Below are positions 17,169-27,301 of a DNA stretch of 62,068 bases, piece after piece (the stretch's first letter is position 1; every line of letters begins with the position of its first letter). The stretch comes from Patescibacteria group bacterium. GTDB taxonomy: Bacteria > Patescibacteriota > Minisyncoccia > Phycocordibacterales > Phycocordibacteraceae. Below the pieces are notes generated by a model. That model had not been told where the DNA came from. It did no database searches and saw nothing but the letters and a program-made list of their open reading frames with translations. The stretch is taken from contig JAJDCJ010000015.1 of the NCBI GenBank assembly GCA_029260935.1, positions 1-62,068 on the forward strand, given 5' to 3'. The translations under genes were made by a program, and so were the position numbers.

Positions 17169-17227
17169 GACAATCTAAAAAATAAGTTTTTTGCTTCACT
17201 CAATTTTCAAGGTACAATAGCGCTATT

Positions 17228-18469
17228 ATGCGCGGGTCACACCTTTTTACCAAAACCCGAAGGGAAGCACCAAAAGACGAGGTGTCTAAAAACGCTCAGC
17301 TTTTAATACGTGCTGGCTATATTCATAAGGAGCTTGCGGGGGTGTATAGTCTTTTACCGCTTGGTTTAAGGGTCATTAAAAAAATTGAGCAGGTTATTCG
17401 GGAAGAAATGGAGGCAATTGGTGCGCAAGAAGGCGCCCTTTCCAGTTTACAAGATCCGGATATTTGGAAGAAAACCGATCGGTGGGAAGGAAAGGCCGAC
17501 GATATCTGGCTTAAGACGAAGCTCGCAAATAATACTGAACTCGGCCTTGCATTTTCTCACGAAGAGCCATGGACACGTATTATGCAGGACCACGTCAATT
17601 CGTACCGCGACTTGCCGTTTTCCGCATATCATTTTGCACAGAAGTTTCGTAACGAGTTACGAGCAAAAAGCGGTTTAATGCGCGGGCGTGAGTTTTTAAT
17701 GAAAGATCTTTACTCATTTTCAAAAAACCAAGAGGAACTGGATTCATTTTATGAAGATGTGCGCGTTGCCTACGAAAATGTATTTAAAAGAGTGGGGATA
17801 GGCAACACCACATACTTTACGTTTGCAACAGGGGGGGTGTTTAGTAAATGGAGCCATGAGTTTCAAACGGTTTCTGAGGCAGGAGAAGACACTATTTATA
17901 TTGATAATGAAAAACGTATTGCAGTAAACAAGGAAGTGTATACCGACGATGTTCTGAAAGACCTTGGTCTTACAAAAGAAAATCTTATTGAAGCAAAATC
18001 AATAGAAGTAGGAAACATCTTTAAACTCGGCACACACTATTCAGATGCGCTTGGTTTAGTATTTCAAGACGAGGACGGACATGAAAAACCAGTGGTCATG
18101 GGCTCATACGGTATTGGGCTGGGGCGTCTCATGGGCACAGTTGCTGAAATATTGAGCGACGAGAAAGGTCTCGTGTGGCCTGAGTCAATTGCACCATTTA
18201 CGTATCACATTGTATCTCTTGCAGGAGGTGACGAAGCAACTGAGGCACGGGCGACTTCTTTATATGAGGCAATGATAACGCGCGGTATTTCTGTACTCTA
18301 TGACGATCGCGAAGTGCGGGCAGGTGAAAAGTTTGCCGACTCAGACCTTATCGGTATCCCATACCGCATTGTGGTCGGCAAAAAAAGCACCGATGACTTG
18401 TTTGAAGTAATACGTCGCTCAAACGGTGAAGTGCTCTCAATGACCCGCGACGAATTAGTCGGCGGATAG
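17228..18469 (+). CDS. proS: Prolyl-tRNA synthetase (no INS editing domain)
   Basis: FRNELRAKSGLMRGREFLMKDLYSF, MGSYGIGLGR. Confidence 0.96.
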   Translation: MRGSHLFTKTRREAPKDEVSKNAQLLIRAGYIHKELAGVYSLLPLGLRVIKKIEQVIREEMEAIGAQEGALSSLQDPDIWKKTDRWEGKADDIWLKTKLANNTELGLAFSHEEPWTRIMQDHVNSYRDLPFSAYHFAQKFRNELRAKSGLMRGREFLMKDLYSFSKNQEELDSFYEDVRVAYENVFKRVGIGNTTYFTFATGGVFSKWSHEFQTVSEAGEDTIYIDNEKRIAVNKEVYTDDVLKDLGLTKENLIEAKSIEVGNIFKLGTHYSDALGLVFQDEDGHEKPVVMGSYGIGLGRLMGTVAEILSDEKGLVWPESIAPFTYHIVSLAGGDEATEARATSLYEAMITRGISVLYDDREVRAGEKFADSDLIGIPYRIVVGKKSTDDLFEVIRRSNGEVLSMTRDELVGG

Positions 18470-18473
18470 GAAT

Positions 18474-19538
18474 ATGAAATGGAAACTTCCCAAAAGTATT
18501 ACAGGACAATTTTCTCGCGCAATTGGTATTGACCTTGGTACGGCAAACACGTTGGTATATGTGGAAGGTAAGGGCGTCTTAATCAATGAGCCATCAGTAG
18601 TTGCCCTCAACCAAAAAACAGGTCAAGTGGTTGCTGTCGGATCTCAGGCAAAAGACATGCTGGGCCGCACCCCCGGACACATTACTGCTGTGCGTCCACT
18701 CGTTGAAGGTGTCGTGTCTGACTTTGAAGTGACTGAGGAGATGCTGGCATATTTAATACACAAAGCACAAGGAGATGACAAACCTCTCTTAGGTCCGAAA
18801 GTTGTTATAGGGGTACCAAGTGGTATTACAAACGTTGAAATAAGAGCAGTACGTGATGCTGCAAAAAATGCCGGCGCGCGTGAAGTGTATATTCTTGAAG
18901 AGCCCATGGCAGCGGCGGTCGGTGCACGTCTTCCGGTGCATGAGGCCCTCGGTACCATGATTATTGATATTGGTGGCGGCAACACCGACATTGCACTCAT
19001 GTCGCTCGGCGGTATTGTGCGTTCAAAAAATGTACGCATTGCAGGTGACACCCTCAACCAAGATATTGCAGGTTACATTAGGAACGAATTCAAGATTTTA
19101 GTAGGAGAAAAAACGGCCGAAGATATTAAAATTGCAGTCGGTAGTGTCGTAAAACAAACAGTCCCATTACAGACAACTATTCGCGGACGTGATTTAGTAA
19201 GTGGTCTTCCCAGAGAAATCGTAATTACTGATGCTGATGTGCGTGAAGCCATCGCCTCATCAGTCGCGTCAATTATTGAAGCGGTAAAAGAAGTTATTGA
19301 AACGGCGCCACCTGAGATTGTTGCTGACGTTATGCGTCTCGGTATTTACATGACGGGTGGCGGTTCACTTTTGCGCGGTCTTCCTGAGTTGTTTGCACTA
19401 GAGCTTAAAGTACCTATGCACGTAGTTGATGAGCCACTCACTACCGTTGTCCGCGGTACAGGTTTAGTGCTTGCTGAGTTAGAAAAATATAGAGCGGTCT
19501 TATTAGACGACGATGATTATGCACTTCCGTTCCAATAA
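18474..19538 (+). CDS. mreB: Rod shape protein MreB
   Basis: GIDLGTANT, DIGGG; precedes mreC. Confidence 0.95.
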   Translation: MKWKLPKSITGQFSRAIGIDLGTANTLVYVEGKGVLINEPSVVALNQKTGQVVAVGSQAKDMLGRTPGHITAVRPLVEGVVSDFEVTEEMLAYLIHKAQGDDKPLLGPKVVIGVPSGITNVEIRAVRDAAKNAGAREVYILEEPMAAAVGARLPVHEALGTMIIDIGGGNTDIALMSLGGIVRSKNVRIAGDTLNQDIAGYIRNEFKILVGEKTAEDIKIAVGSVVKQTVPLQTTIRGRDLVSGLPREIVITDADVREAIASSVASIIEAVKEVIETAPPEIVADVMRLGIYMTGGGSLLRGLPELFALELKVPMHVVDEPLTTVVRGTGLVLAELEKYRAVLLDDDDYALPFQ

Positions 19539-20283
19539 AAGAGTCAAACCAACTGCCGTTATCGTTCCAGTTTTTTTCGGTATTGTATTTTTGGTTGCAG
19601 TATTTTTTCATAACACATTATTTGGATATCTGACTGCTCTTGTTAATCTTTCTTCAGTATCTAAAACCGACCAATACGCTCTGCTGTCCAAAAAGGATTT
19701 ATCAGCACGCCTAGTTGAAGCTGAAGAGAGGCTCAGTCGGGTTTCCTACCAGGCGGTTCTGTACACTATTTTATTTGAGGAAAACAAAAAACTAGAGAGG
19801 GCGCTTGCACTGCGTCCTGATATGGCAGTGGGTACAGGTCGCGTTATAGCGCGTCCACCGCGCACCCACTTTGATACTTTTTTAGTGGAATTAAATGCAG
19901 ACAACGTGGTGCGTGTCGGTGACCAGGTCTTTTTTGAAAACTTTCTCTTAGGTGAAGTGGTGACTGTGTCAAAACAGTCTGCGCGGGTCTCTCTCTTTTC
20001 ATCCTCAGGAACCACCATTGATGCGCGAGTGGGAGCGCCCTCAGGTATTGTGGTGATGCGTGGTTTAGGCGGAGGTTCGTTTGTATTTGATATCCCTGAT
20101 CAAGTAGTTATTTCAGTTGGTGATCCAATCACTGACCAGTCTCAAGGCACACACATCATTGCCTTTGTTGATAGCATTGTTGAACATCCTGACTCTACGT
20201 TAAAAACAGTGCGCGCCTATACTCCTGTGTCGTTTTCAAATATTAATTACGTAACGTTTGTCAGAACAAACTCTGACCTATGA
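19513..20283 (+). CDS. mreC: Rod shape protein MreC
   Basis: TM, coiled coil (EENKKL) and beta domain; operon context. Confidence 0.85.
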   Translation: MIMHFRSNKRVKPTAVIVPVFFGIVFLVAVFFHNTLFGYLTALVNLSSVSKTDQYALLSKKDLSARLVEAEERLSRVSYQAVLYTILFEENKKLERALALRPDMAVGTGRVIARPPRTHFDTFLVELNADNVVRVGDQVFFENFLLGEVVTVSKQSARVSLFSSSGTTIDARVGAPSGIVVMRGLGGGSFVFDIPDQVVISVGDPITDQSQGTHIIAFVDSIVEHPDSTLKTVRAYTPVSFSNINYVTFVRTNSDL

Positions 20284-20534
20284 TTCGGATTTTTTTTGTA
20301 ATACTTTTTTTCATAAGTGTCTTTGTGACTCCGTGGTGGGTGATTGTACCGTTGGGCATTGTACTTCTCGCATACTTTGAAGCATATCTGTCTGTACTTC
20401 TTGGAGGGCTTATTGTAGACACACTTTTTGGTGTACCGCTGTCAGGGGTGTTTGGTATCACATATTTTTACACGGCTGTTTTTGTCATCCTCATCTTTTC
20501 AACCCTTCTATTAAGACTGCGTTTGCTAGAATAA
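20280..20534 (+). CDS. Short membrane protein in the MreD position
   Basis: Hydrophobic, GLIVDTLFG; between mreC and PBP2. Confidence 0.65.
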   Translation: MIRIFFVILFFISVFVTPWWVIVPLGIVLLAYFEAYLSVLLGGLIVDTLFGVPLSGVFGITYFYTAVFVILIFSTLLLRLRLLE

Positions 20535-20538
20535 AGGT

Positions 20539-22215
20539 ATGCGTATACGGCGAAAGAAAAAATATCAACCAATAGAGCCAGATGAAATACTTATTGATGC
20601 ACAAAACCTTCCCGGTTTTGACACGACGCAACTTGAGGGGCGTATTGAAAGTCCAATAGAACGAACGGCGTTTAGGAACTTTTCTATCATCGTGGCTTTA
20701 GTGTTTACTGTCTTTCTTGCACAACTTCTGAATTTACAAATAGTAAGTGTTGATACATTCAAAGCCCGCGCTGAGGCAAACCGCCTTGATCAGACATTAA
20801 TTATTTCAGAGCGTGGACGTATCGTTGACAGAAACGGAAGTCCGCTTGCACTTAATGACCCACAAGAGGAATTAGGATATGCCGAACGTTTGTATCCACT
20901 CGGTGAGGCATCGGCGCATATTTTAGGATATGTATCCTATCCAAAAAAAGATACGAATGGATTTTGGTTTCAAACGTCGCTTGATGGTGTTGCGGGTATT
21001 GAGTCTTCAGATAACGAAGCACTTGCGGGCATAAACGGTGTTGAAATTAAGGAAACAAATGCAATTGGAGACATCGTCTCAGGAAGTATTGTGCGCCCTC
21101 CTAAAAGCGGGCAAGAGCTTCAACTGTCGCTGGACGCTGGGTTACAAAAAAAACTCTATGACTTGATTGAAGAGCGCTCAATTGATGCTTCTTTTGTGGG
21201 AGGGTCGGGGATTATCATGGACGTTACCACGGGACAAATACACGCACTTGTCAGTTATCCTTCATTTGACCCAGCGACCCTCACGTCAGGAGAGCCACCT
21301 GAGCTCGTGCAATCTTATTTATTAGACGCGCGAGCACCGTTTCTTAATAGGGCACTTTCCGGGCTCTATACCCCGGGCTCAGTGGTGAAGCCATTTGTAG
21401 CGGTTGCCGCACTTGAGGAAAATATTATCACTCCGGAGAAAAAAATCCTCTCCACAGGTTCCATTTCAGTTCCTAATCCGTACAATCCCACCCTTCCCTC
21501 GGTGTTTCGCGACTGGAAGGCACACGGCTGGGTAAACATACGCGAGGCGATCGCCGTGTCGTCTGATGTTTATTTTTACGAAGTCGGTGGCGGTTTTGAA
21601 GATCAACCAGGTTTAGGTATTAGTACTCTTGAAGAGTACATGCGCCTGTTTGGTTTTGGCGCGCCCACTGGTATTGCTCTTTTAGGCGAGGAACGTGGCG
21701 TCATTCCAAATCCTGAATGGAAGGCACATACTTTTGGTGGAGAGCGGTGGTTTCTTGGCAACACGTACCACACAGCAATTGGACAATACGGTTTTCAAGT
21801 GACCACTCTACAGTTGGTTCGTGCAATAGCAGCAATTGCAAATGGTGGCACGTTAGTGACTCCAACTCTTGAAAAAGGAGCGTCAGGTAAAAAAAAGAAA
21901 ATAGGTGTGGATGGAAAAAATATCACCATAGTGCGCGAAGGGATGCGTATGGCAGTCAGAGAAGGAACTGCAGCGGCACTCAACGTAAGCGGAGTATCAG
22001 ATGCTGCAAAAACAGGAACCGCAGAAGTGGGTCTGCATAAGGAATTTATCAACTCGCTTGTGGTAGGTTTTTTTCCGTATGAAGAACCAAAGTTTGCGTT
22101 CGCCGTCGTCATGGAGCGCGCAAAAGCAGGCACAGTAGCTGGTGCACCGTTGGTTATGAAAAATATACTTGAATGGATGAAAACAGAACGCCCCGAAGCG
22201 TTTACCGTTCAGTAA
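20539..22215 (+). CDS. mrdA: Penicillin-binding protein 2
   Basis: PGSVVKP, SSDVYFY, AKTGTA. Confidence 0.92.
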   Translation: MRIRRKKKYQPIEPDEILIDAQNLPGFDTTQLEGRIESPIERTAFRNFSIIVALVFTVFLAQLLNLQIVSVDTFKARAEANRLDQTLIISERGRIVDRNGSPLALNDPQEELGYAERLYPLGEASAHILGYVSYPKKDTNGFWFQTSLDGVAGIESSDNEALAGINGVEIKETNAIGDIVSGSIVRPPKSGQELQLSLDAGLQKKLYDLIEERSIDASFVGGSGIIMDVTTGQIHALVSYPSFDPATLTSGEPPELVQSYLLDARAPFLNRALSGLYTPGSVVKPFVAVAALEENIITPEKKILSTGSISVPNPYNPTLPSVFRDWKAHGWVNIREAIAVSSDVYFYEVGGGFEDQPGLGISTLEEYMRLFGFGAPTGIALLGEERGVIPNPEWKAHTFGGERWFLGNTYHTAIGQYGFQVTTLQLVRAIAAIANGGTLVTPTLEKGASGKKKKIGVDGKNITIVREGMRMAVREGTAAALNVSGVSDAAKTGTAEVGLHKEFINSLVVGFFPYEEPKFAFAVVMERAKAGTVAGAPLVMKNILEWMKTERPEAFTVQ

Positions 22216-22263
22216 AACGCTCCACATTGACTCCCTCGTATAACACTATAGAATACTGATACT

Positions 22264-22761
22264 ATGATATCTAAAAAATTACCAGCTTCAGATGATCAGG
22301 AAAATGAAAATTTCTTGACACAGGAGAAGTTTGATTCCCTAAAAGAAGAGTTAGAAAAACTGACTACTATTACCCGAAAGGAAATTGCGGAAAGTCTTGA
22401 GTACGCGCGAAGTCTCGGCGATCTATCTGAAAATGCAGAGTATCAAGCGGCGCGTGAATTACAGGCCGCAACAGAAGACCGTATTGCCAGATTTGAAAAA
22501 CTTATTAAATCAGCCGTTATCATTTCTGAGAAGAAAAAAGGCATTGTTGGTTTTGGCTCAGAAGTGACTATTTGCAAAAAGGGAGATAAGGAAAAACACA
22601 CCTATACTATTGTAGGGAGTGAAGAAGCAGATATGCGAGAGAAAAAAATCTCTCATCTCTCACCGTTAGGGCAAGCGCTTATGGGCAGAAAAAAAGGCGA
22701 GAAATTTTCATTTAAAACCCCCAGCGGCATGCAAGACTACGCAATAGTTGGTATTGTCTGA
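22264..22761 (+). CDS. greA: Transcription elongation factor GreA
   Basis: GDLSENAEY, SPLGQALMG. Confidence 0.97.
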   Translation: MISKKLPASDDQENENFLTQEKFDSLKEELEKLTTITRKEIAESLEYARSLGDLSENAEYQAARELQAATEDRIARFEKLIKSAVIISEKKKGIVGFGSEVTICKKGDKEKHTYTIVGSEEADMREKKISHLSPLGQALMGRKKGEKFSFKTPSGMQDYAIVGIV

Positions 22762-22832
22762 TCCCGCATGTGCTATTTTTCTCATCATACATCTCTTCAT
22801 AAAGTCAGCAGAAGAGAAAGTAATTTGATATT

Positions 22833-24401
22833 ATGCAGACAATGAAAAGTGGGAGAAGATTTAGTTTTTCAAAAGTAAAAAACGGAGCTTTGTGGGCGTC
22901 CGCGGTGGCGGATGAAATTATTGCCACCCATCCGGACGCAGCGCTCTATACGACCGCCGCCGGTATCAGTCCCTCAGGAGTAGTACACTTTGGGAATTTT
23001 CGTGATGTCGTAACGTCACATCTTGTGCGAGAAGCGCTCAAAGAAAAAAGGAAAAACACTCGACTTATTTTTTCATGGGATAATTTCGACCGTTTTCGCA
23101 AAGTACCGAAAGGAGTACCTGAATCATTTATCGAACACATTGGTAAACCCCTTTCAAAGATCCCTGATCCATTTGGAGAGCTTCCTTCTTATGCTGAGCG
23201 GTTCCAGCGCCCTTTCGTTGAAGCCATGAAAATGCTTGATATCGAGATCGAATACCGCAACCAAACCGAACTCCACGAAAGCGGAGTATATGATGAAGCG
23301 ATTTTCCATGCGCTTAGTGAACGTCTGAAAATCGCCGACATTCTTCTTTCATTTATGACTGAAAAAGCAAAAGGTGAGAAGGGAATTGATCCTGAAGTGT
23401 ACCGGGAAAATTATTACCCGATTGCAGTTTACTCAAAATTTACTGGCAAAGATGCAACAAAAATACTGAATTACGATGGTGGTACGTGTATTACATATCT
23501 TTGTGCTGAAACCGGAAAAGAAGATACCGTTGATTTATCAAAGGAACACATTGCTAAGCTTGCATGGAAACCTGACTGGGCAATGCGTTGGCGACATGAA
23601 CAAGTGCACTTTGAGCCAGGTGGTCACGATCATGCCTCACCAGGAGGAAGCTATGATACCGCGTCAACTATTACAAAAGAAGTGTTTAATTACGAACCCC
23701 CAGTTTTTATTGAATATAAATTTGTAGGTATTCAAGGACTTGGTTCAAAAATGTCTGGCTCAAAAGGAAATGCAATATCTCCACTGGAGCTGCTTGATAT
23801 TTATGAACCAGATCTTCTTAAATGGCTCTATTTCCGCAAATCACCAGATCAGTCATTTGAACTCGCTTTTAATACTGAGATATATCGTCAATATGACGAG
23901 TATGATTTAGCGCATCCTGAGCATAATGTTGTACCATTTCGACAAGTAGTTGGTTTTGGACAAATTGTTCAGTGGCAGAAAGATAAACTAGAAACGGTTT
24001 TAACCGCGCATGGTTTTAATTATTCCAAGGAAAGTATTACGTCTCGAATTCCGCTTGCAAAAAATTGGGTGACAAAATATAACCCAGACGAGCTTATTGT
24101 ATTAAATGTGGATCTTAATACAGTCTATGTTGCTACGCTCACTGACCTACGAAAACAACAAATACGCACGCTTCATGATCAGTTAATGAAAGGCGAAGGA
24201 GTAAGTATTTCTGAATTAGAGACAATGATTTATCATGTACCAAAAACACCAGGATTAGAGGGGGTGGAGTTAAAAAAAGAACAACGAGATTTTTTTAAGG
24301 ATGTATACAACCTGCTTATAGGAAGGGATATTGGTCCGCGCCTCAGCACGTTTCTGTGGGCAGTAGACAGAAACCAAGTACTCAAACTCTTAGCGCTGTA
24401 A
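22833..24401 (+). CDS. lysS: Class I lysyl-tRNA synthetase
   Basis: GISPSG.VHFGNFRD, KLAWKPDWAMRW, KMSGSKG, GPRL. Confidence 0.93.
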   Translation: MQTMKSGRRFSFSKVKNGALWASAVADEIIATHPDAALYTTAAGISPSGVVHFGNFRDVVTSHLVREALKEKRKNTRLIFSWDNFDRFRKVPKGVPESFIEHIGKPLSKIPDPFGELPSYAERFQRPFVEAMKMLDIEIEYRNQTELHESGVYDEAIFHALSERLKIADILLSFMTEKAKGEKGIDPEVYRENYYPIAVYSKFTGKDATKILNYDGGTCITYLCAETGKEDTVDLSKEHIAKLAWKPDWAMRWRHEQVHFEPGGHDHASPGGSYDTASTITKEVFNYEPPVFIEYKFVGIQGLGSKMSGSKGNAISPLELLDIYEPDLLKWLYFRKSPDQSFELAFNTEIYRQYDEYDLAHPEHNVVPFRQVVGFGQIVQWQKDKLETVLTAHGFNYSKESITSRIPLAKNWVTKYNPDELIVLNVDLNTVYVATLTDLRKQQIRTLHDQLMKGEGVSISELETMIYHVPKTPGLEGVELKKEQRDFFKDVYNLLIGRDIGPRLSTFLWAVDRNQVLKLLAL

Positions 24402-24458
24402 TCTGTTAGACATAGTTATTCCCCCTCATGCGTCCGAAAGAGTAACTATATTTGTCGT

Positions 24459-24487
24459 TTGACAGGTGGGGCCATTTTTTGTATAGT
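24459..24487 (+). promoter_or_regulatory. Sigma70 promoter
   Basis: TTGACA-17-TATAGT. Confidence 0.7.
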
Positions 24488-24496
24488 CTTTTATAT

Positions 24497-24709
24497 ATGA
24501 ATGAAAACCCTCTTAGAGCTTCATTTCACGGTGGCCCTGACCACCATAACCATCATCACAGTGGAGGAGGAGATAAATGGGAGTGGATTGTTCCGTTGGG
24601 CTTTATAACTATTGTTGCTGCCATCGGGTTTGGTAAAATGTTTATTGAGAACTGGATGATAGACACTGGTCTGCTCCCGGACCCGAACGATTGTATTTGC
24701 CCTGAATAA
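24497..24709 (+). CDS. 70-aa membrane micro-protein with His tract and C-terminal CxC
   Basis: HHNHHH, TM segment, DCICPE; own promoter. Confidence 0.7.
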   Translation: MNENPLRASFHGGPDHHNHHHSGGGDKWEWIVPLGFITIVAAIGFGKMFIENWMIDTGLLPDPNDCICPE

Positions 24710-24805
24710 TTTTTTCTGAAAAACTCTCCTCACTGCACTGCGGGGTTTCTGCTATACCATACCCCATACCCCTCAGAATATGTAGCCGTCCGACAGCTAC
24801 ATATT

Positions 24806-25486
24806 TTATTCAAGGGTGACGGACTCTTCAACATCAAAACCTTTTAATTCGCGTGCTATGGTTTTCTTATAATTTTGCTCGCCACCGAATATTTCAAGAA
24901 AGAACTTTCGGTTCGTGACCGAAGGAAAGTTTTGAAGACCAAGATAATCGCGATGGCTTGACCAACGGTATTGTTCAAGAAACTCTATAGCCTGCTTTGG
25001 TTTGGCGGGACACTGGCGTCGCCATTCTGGGGTATGCATATCAAGCGGGTTGAAGTGAATGTAAAAAGGGATGAAGTTAAAGTGTGCCTGCGTTGTTATA
25101 GGCACCGATTTATATCCCCCTTGCCACAACGCACCCACGCGATCGTTTTTATTATTGAAATACTGGGTGTAACCTGCATTCAACTTTTTCATAAAGAGCG
25201 GAATGCCATTTTCAACAATAGGGGAGAGTAAGAGGTGATAGTGGTTCGGCATCAGTGCAAAACAATGAATATGCACCAGAAGTTCACGTTTCCGTTTTCC
25301 CCTGTTTTTAAAATGTAGCTGTCGGACAGCTACATTTTTATTAAAACGAGTAGTCCCACGAGTTCCTACGGGAGCGGTGTCATTGAATTCATACATATCG
25401 TGGATAAAGCGCAGATAATCTTTCTCATTGAGGAAAACCTTTCGTTTATCAACTCCACGGTTTAGAATATGAAAAAAATCAAGCAT
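24806..25486 (-). CDS. REP-associated tyrosine transposase (Y1 HUH)
   Basis: HILNRG, FALMPNHYHLL (HUH), YTQYFN, YIHFNP, YRWSS. Confidence 0.93.
   Translation of the reverse strand: MLDFFHILNRGVDKRKVFLNEKDYLRFIHDMYEFNDTAPVGTRGTTRFNKNVAVRQLHFKNRGKRKRELLVHIHCFALMPNHYHLLLSPIVENGIPLFMKKLNAGYTQYFNNKNDRVGALWQGGYKSVPITTQAHFNFIPFYIHFNPLDMHTPEWRRQCPAKPKQAIEFLEQYRWSSHRDYLGLQNFPSVTNRKFFLEIFGGEQNYKKTIARELKGFDVEESVTLE
25310..25338. repeat. Family A REP, in-frame inside the RAYT gene
   Basis: aaaatgtagctgtc-g-gacagctacatttt encodes NVAVRQLHF. Confidence 0.95.
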
Positions 25487-25574
25487 ATATGCAATATGTA
25501 GCTGTCCGACAGCTATATATTAGCAGGGGTGGGGGCTTGGGAGGTGGAGGTGGGTGTGGATAAGAGACTATAGG

Positions 25575-25630
25575 GTGGGATAAAGTGTCATATAATATAC
25601 CTCAGGTGGGAAAAAGTGGGATAGAGTCAT
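25575..25630 (+). promoter_or_regulatory. mraZ promoter with GTGGG MraZ-binding repeats
   Basis: gtgggataaa, TATAAT, gtgggaaaaagtgggata at 10-nt spacing. Confidence 0.7.
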
Positions 25631-25651
25631 TTTTCTTATCACACACGGCAT

Positions 25652-26086
25652 ATGCTCATAGGTGAATATCTTCATACCATTGATCCAAAAAAGCGTTTGT
25701 CGCTTCCAGTTAAGTTCCGTAAGGAGCTTGGGAAAACCGTCGTGATAACGAGAGGGCTTGATCAATCTCTCTTTGTGTTTCCGCCTGCTGCGTGGAAAAA
25801 GCTTGTTGCTAAGTTCAGCGAGCTATCCTTCGGCTCCTCCGAGTCAAGAAGCTTCAACCGCTTCATGCTCTCAGGGGCTGTGGAGGTTGATGTTGATTCG
25901 GCGGGGCGGATTTTACTTCCTGAGTTCCTGAAGGGGTTTGCGGGACTCAAAAGTAAAGTTGTCCTTGCCGGTGTCAACGACCGCGTTGAAATTTGGGATG
26001 AAGAGCGTTGGAGTACATACAAAACGCACATTGAATCTCAAGGTGATGCTATCGCTCAGAAATTAGGAGAAATCGGCGTCATTTAA
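25652..26086 (+). CDS. mraZ: Transcriptional regulator MraZ
   Basis: DPKKRL, DSAGRI motifs. Confidence 0.96.
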   Translation: MLIGEYLHTIDPKKRLSLPVKFRKELGKTVVITRGLDQSLFVFPPAAWKKLVAKFSELSFGSSESRSFNRFMLSGAVEVDVDSAGRILLPEFLKGFAGLKSKVVLAGVNDRVEIWDEERWSTYKTHIESQGDAIAQKLGEIGVI

Positions 26087-26090
26087 TTTC

Positions 26091-26984
26091 ATGGATAACC
26101 ACGTATCTGTTCTTTTACACGAATCTGTTGAAGGTCTTAACGTACATTCTGGCGAAACTGTAGTTGACGCCACGCTTGGCTTGGGTGGACACAGTAACTA
26201 TCTATCCAAAATTGTAGGCAAAGAGGGGACAGTGATTGGTATTGAAGTTGATACTAACGCACTCTCCACTGCAAAAAAAATACTTGCCACAGCTGACGCA
26301 CAGTTTCATTTTGTCCTTGGTAATTTCAAAGACATAGATGAGCACCTGTCTTCACTTAAACTGAGTGAAGTAGATGGCATACTCTTTGACCTCGGGTGGA
26401 ACTCAACACAAATGAACGCAGGAAGGGGCTTAAGCTTCAGGGCAGATGACCCACTCATAATGACATTATCGGCAACTCCTGATGAGGGAGCGGTAACTGC
26501 AAAAGACATCATTACTTCATGGAGCGAAACAGACCTTGCAGAAATTATTCGCACTCTTGGTGAAGAACGTTTTGCAGGAAGTATCGCGCACGCCATTGTG
26601 ATGGCGAGAAAAGCTGAGTCCATTGATACTGCACGAGAACTCGCTCAGATAATATCCGATGCAGTGCCGCCGTGGTATCGCAATGGTAAAACACATCCGG
26701 CGACGAAGACATTTCAAGCACTTCGTATTCTCGTTAACGACGAATTATCAACACTCACACTATCTCTTGATAAAGCGTTTGCACTCTTAAAAAAAGGAGG
26801 GAGGATCTCAGTCATTTCCTTTCACTCTTTGGAAGACGGATTAGTAAAGCGAATTTTTAAAAAACTCGCACATGATAAAAAAGCAACCCTCATTACCAAA
26901 AAACCCATACGACCCACTCGTCACGAGGTCCAGAGTAACCCACGTGCCCGTAGCGCACGATTACGTATTATAGAAAAAATATGA
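26091..26984 (+). CDS. rsmH: 16S rRNA m4C1402 methyltransferase
   Basis: DATLGLGGHS, FQALRI.VNDEL, SFHSLED, NPRARSA. Confidence 0.97.
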   Translation: MDNHVSVLLHESVEGLNVHSGETVVDATLGLGGHSNYLSKIVGKEGTVIGIEVDTNALSTAKKILATADAQFHFVLGNFKDIDEHLSSLKLSEVDGILFDLGWNSTQMNAGRGLSFRADDPLIMTLSATPDEGAVTAKDIITSWSETDLAEIIRTLGEERFAGSIAHAIVMARKAESIDTARELAQIISDAVPPWYRNGKTHPATKTFQALRILVNDELSTLTLSLDKAFALLKKGGRISVISFHSLEDGLVKRIFKKLAHDKKATLITKKPIRPTRHEVQSNPRARSARLRIIEKI

Positions 26985-27301
26985 ACACACGAATCCAAAA
27001 ATTATCTTTTACACTTGAGAAAAACATACTTCTCTCACTCGGAGCCGGGTTCATAGTATTTGCCTTTGCCTATACCTATTTTTTAATACTTTCAATTAGC
27101 GCAGTGGTCGCGAGGGAAGAGTTTGTATACAAAACACAAATTTTGTCTGAGAAAGTAGCAACCCTTGAACAGCAGTATTTATTTGCGTCAAATGCCATCA
27201 CCGAGCATTATGCTTTTGATCAAGGTTATGTACCAGTGTCTAGACGTACTTTTGTAGAGCGTGGTACGCTTACTCTAGGTACTCTAGGTAATGCGCGCTA
27301 A
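26981..27301 (+). CDS. FtsL-like cell division protein
   Basis: TM plus coiled coil, between rsmH and ftsI. Confidence 0.65.
   Translation: MNTRIQKLSFTLEKNILLSLGAGFIVFAFAYTYFLILSISAVVAREEFVYKTQILSEKVATLEQQYLFASNAITEHYAFDQGYVPVSRRTFVERGTLTLGTLGNAR

Larger units (their letters stand above)
24768..25530. mobile_element. REPtron: RAYT gene bracketed by REP palindromes (24777-24805, 25493-25521)
   Basis: aatatgtagc(c/t)gtccgacagcta(c/t)atatt at both ends; outer acccct/aggggt inverted ends. Confidence 0.85.

Noticed and set aside
25526..25560. G-quadruplex next to the RAYT
   Set aside because: The G-runs are adequately explained by the REPtron end and MraZ-box-like GTGG repeats; no independent support.
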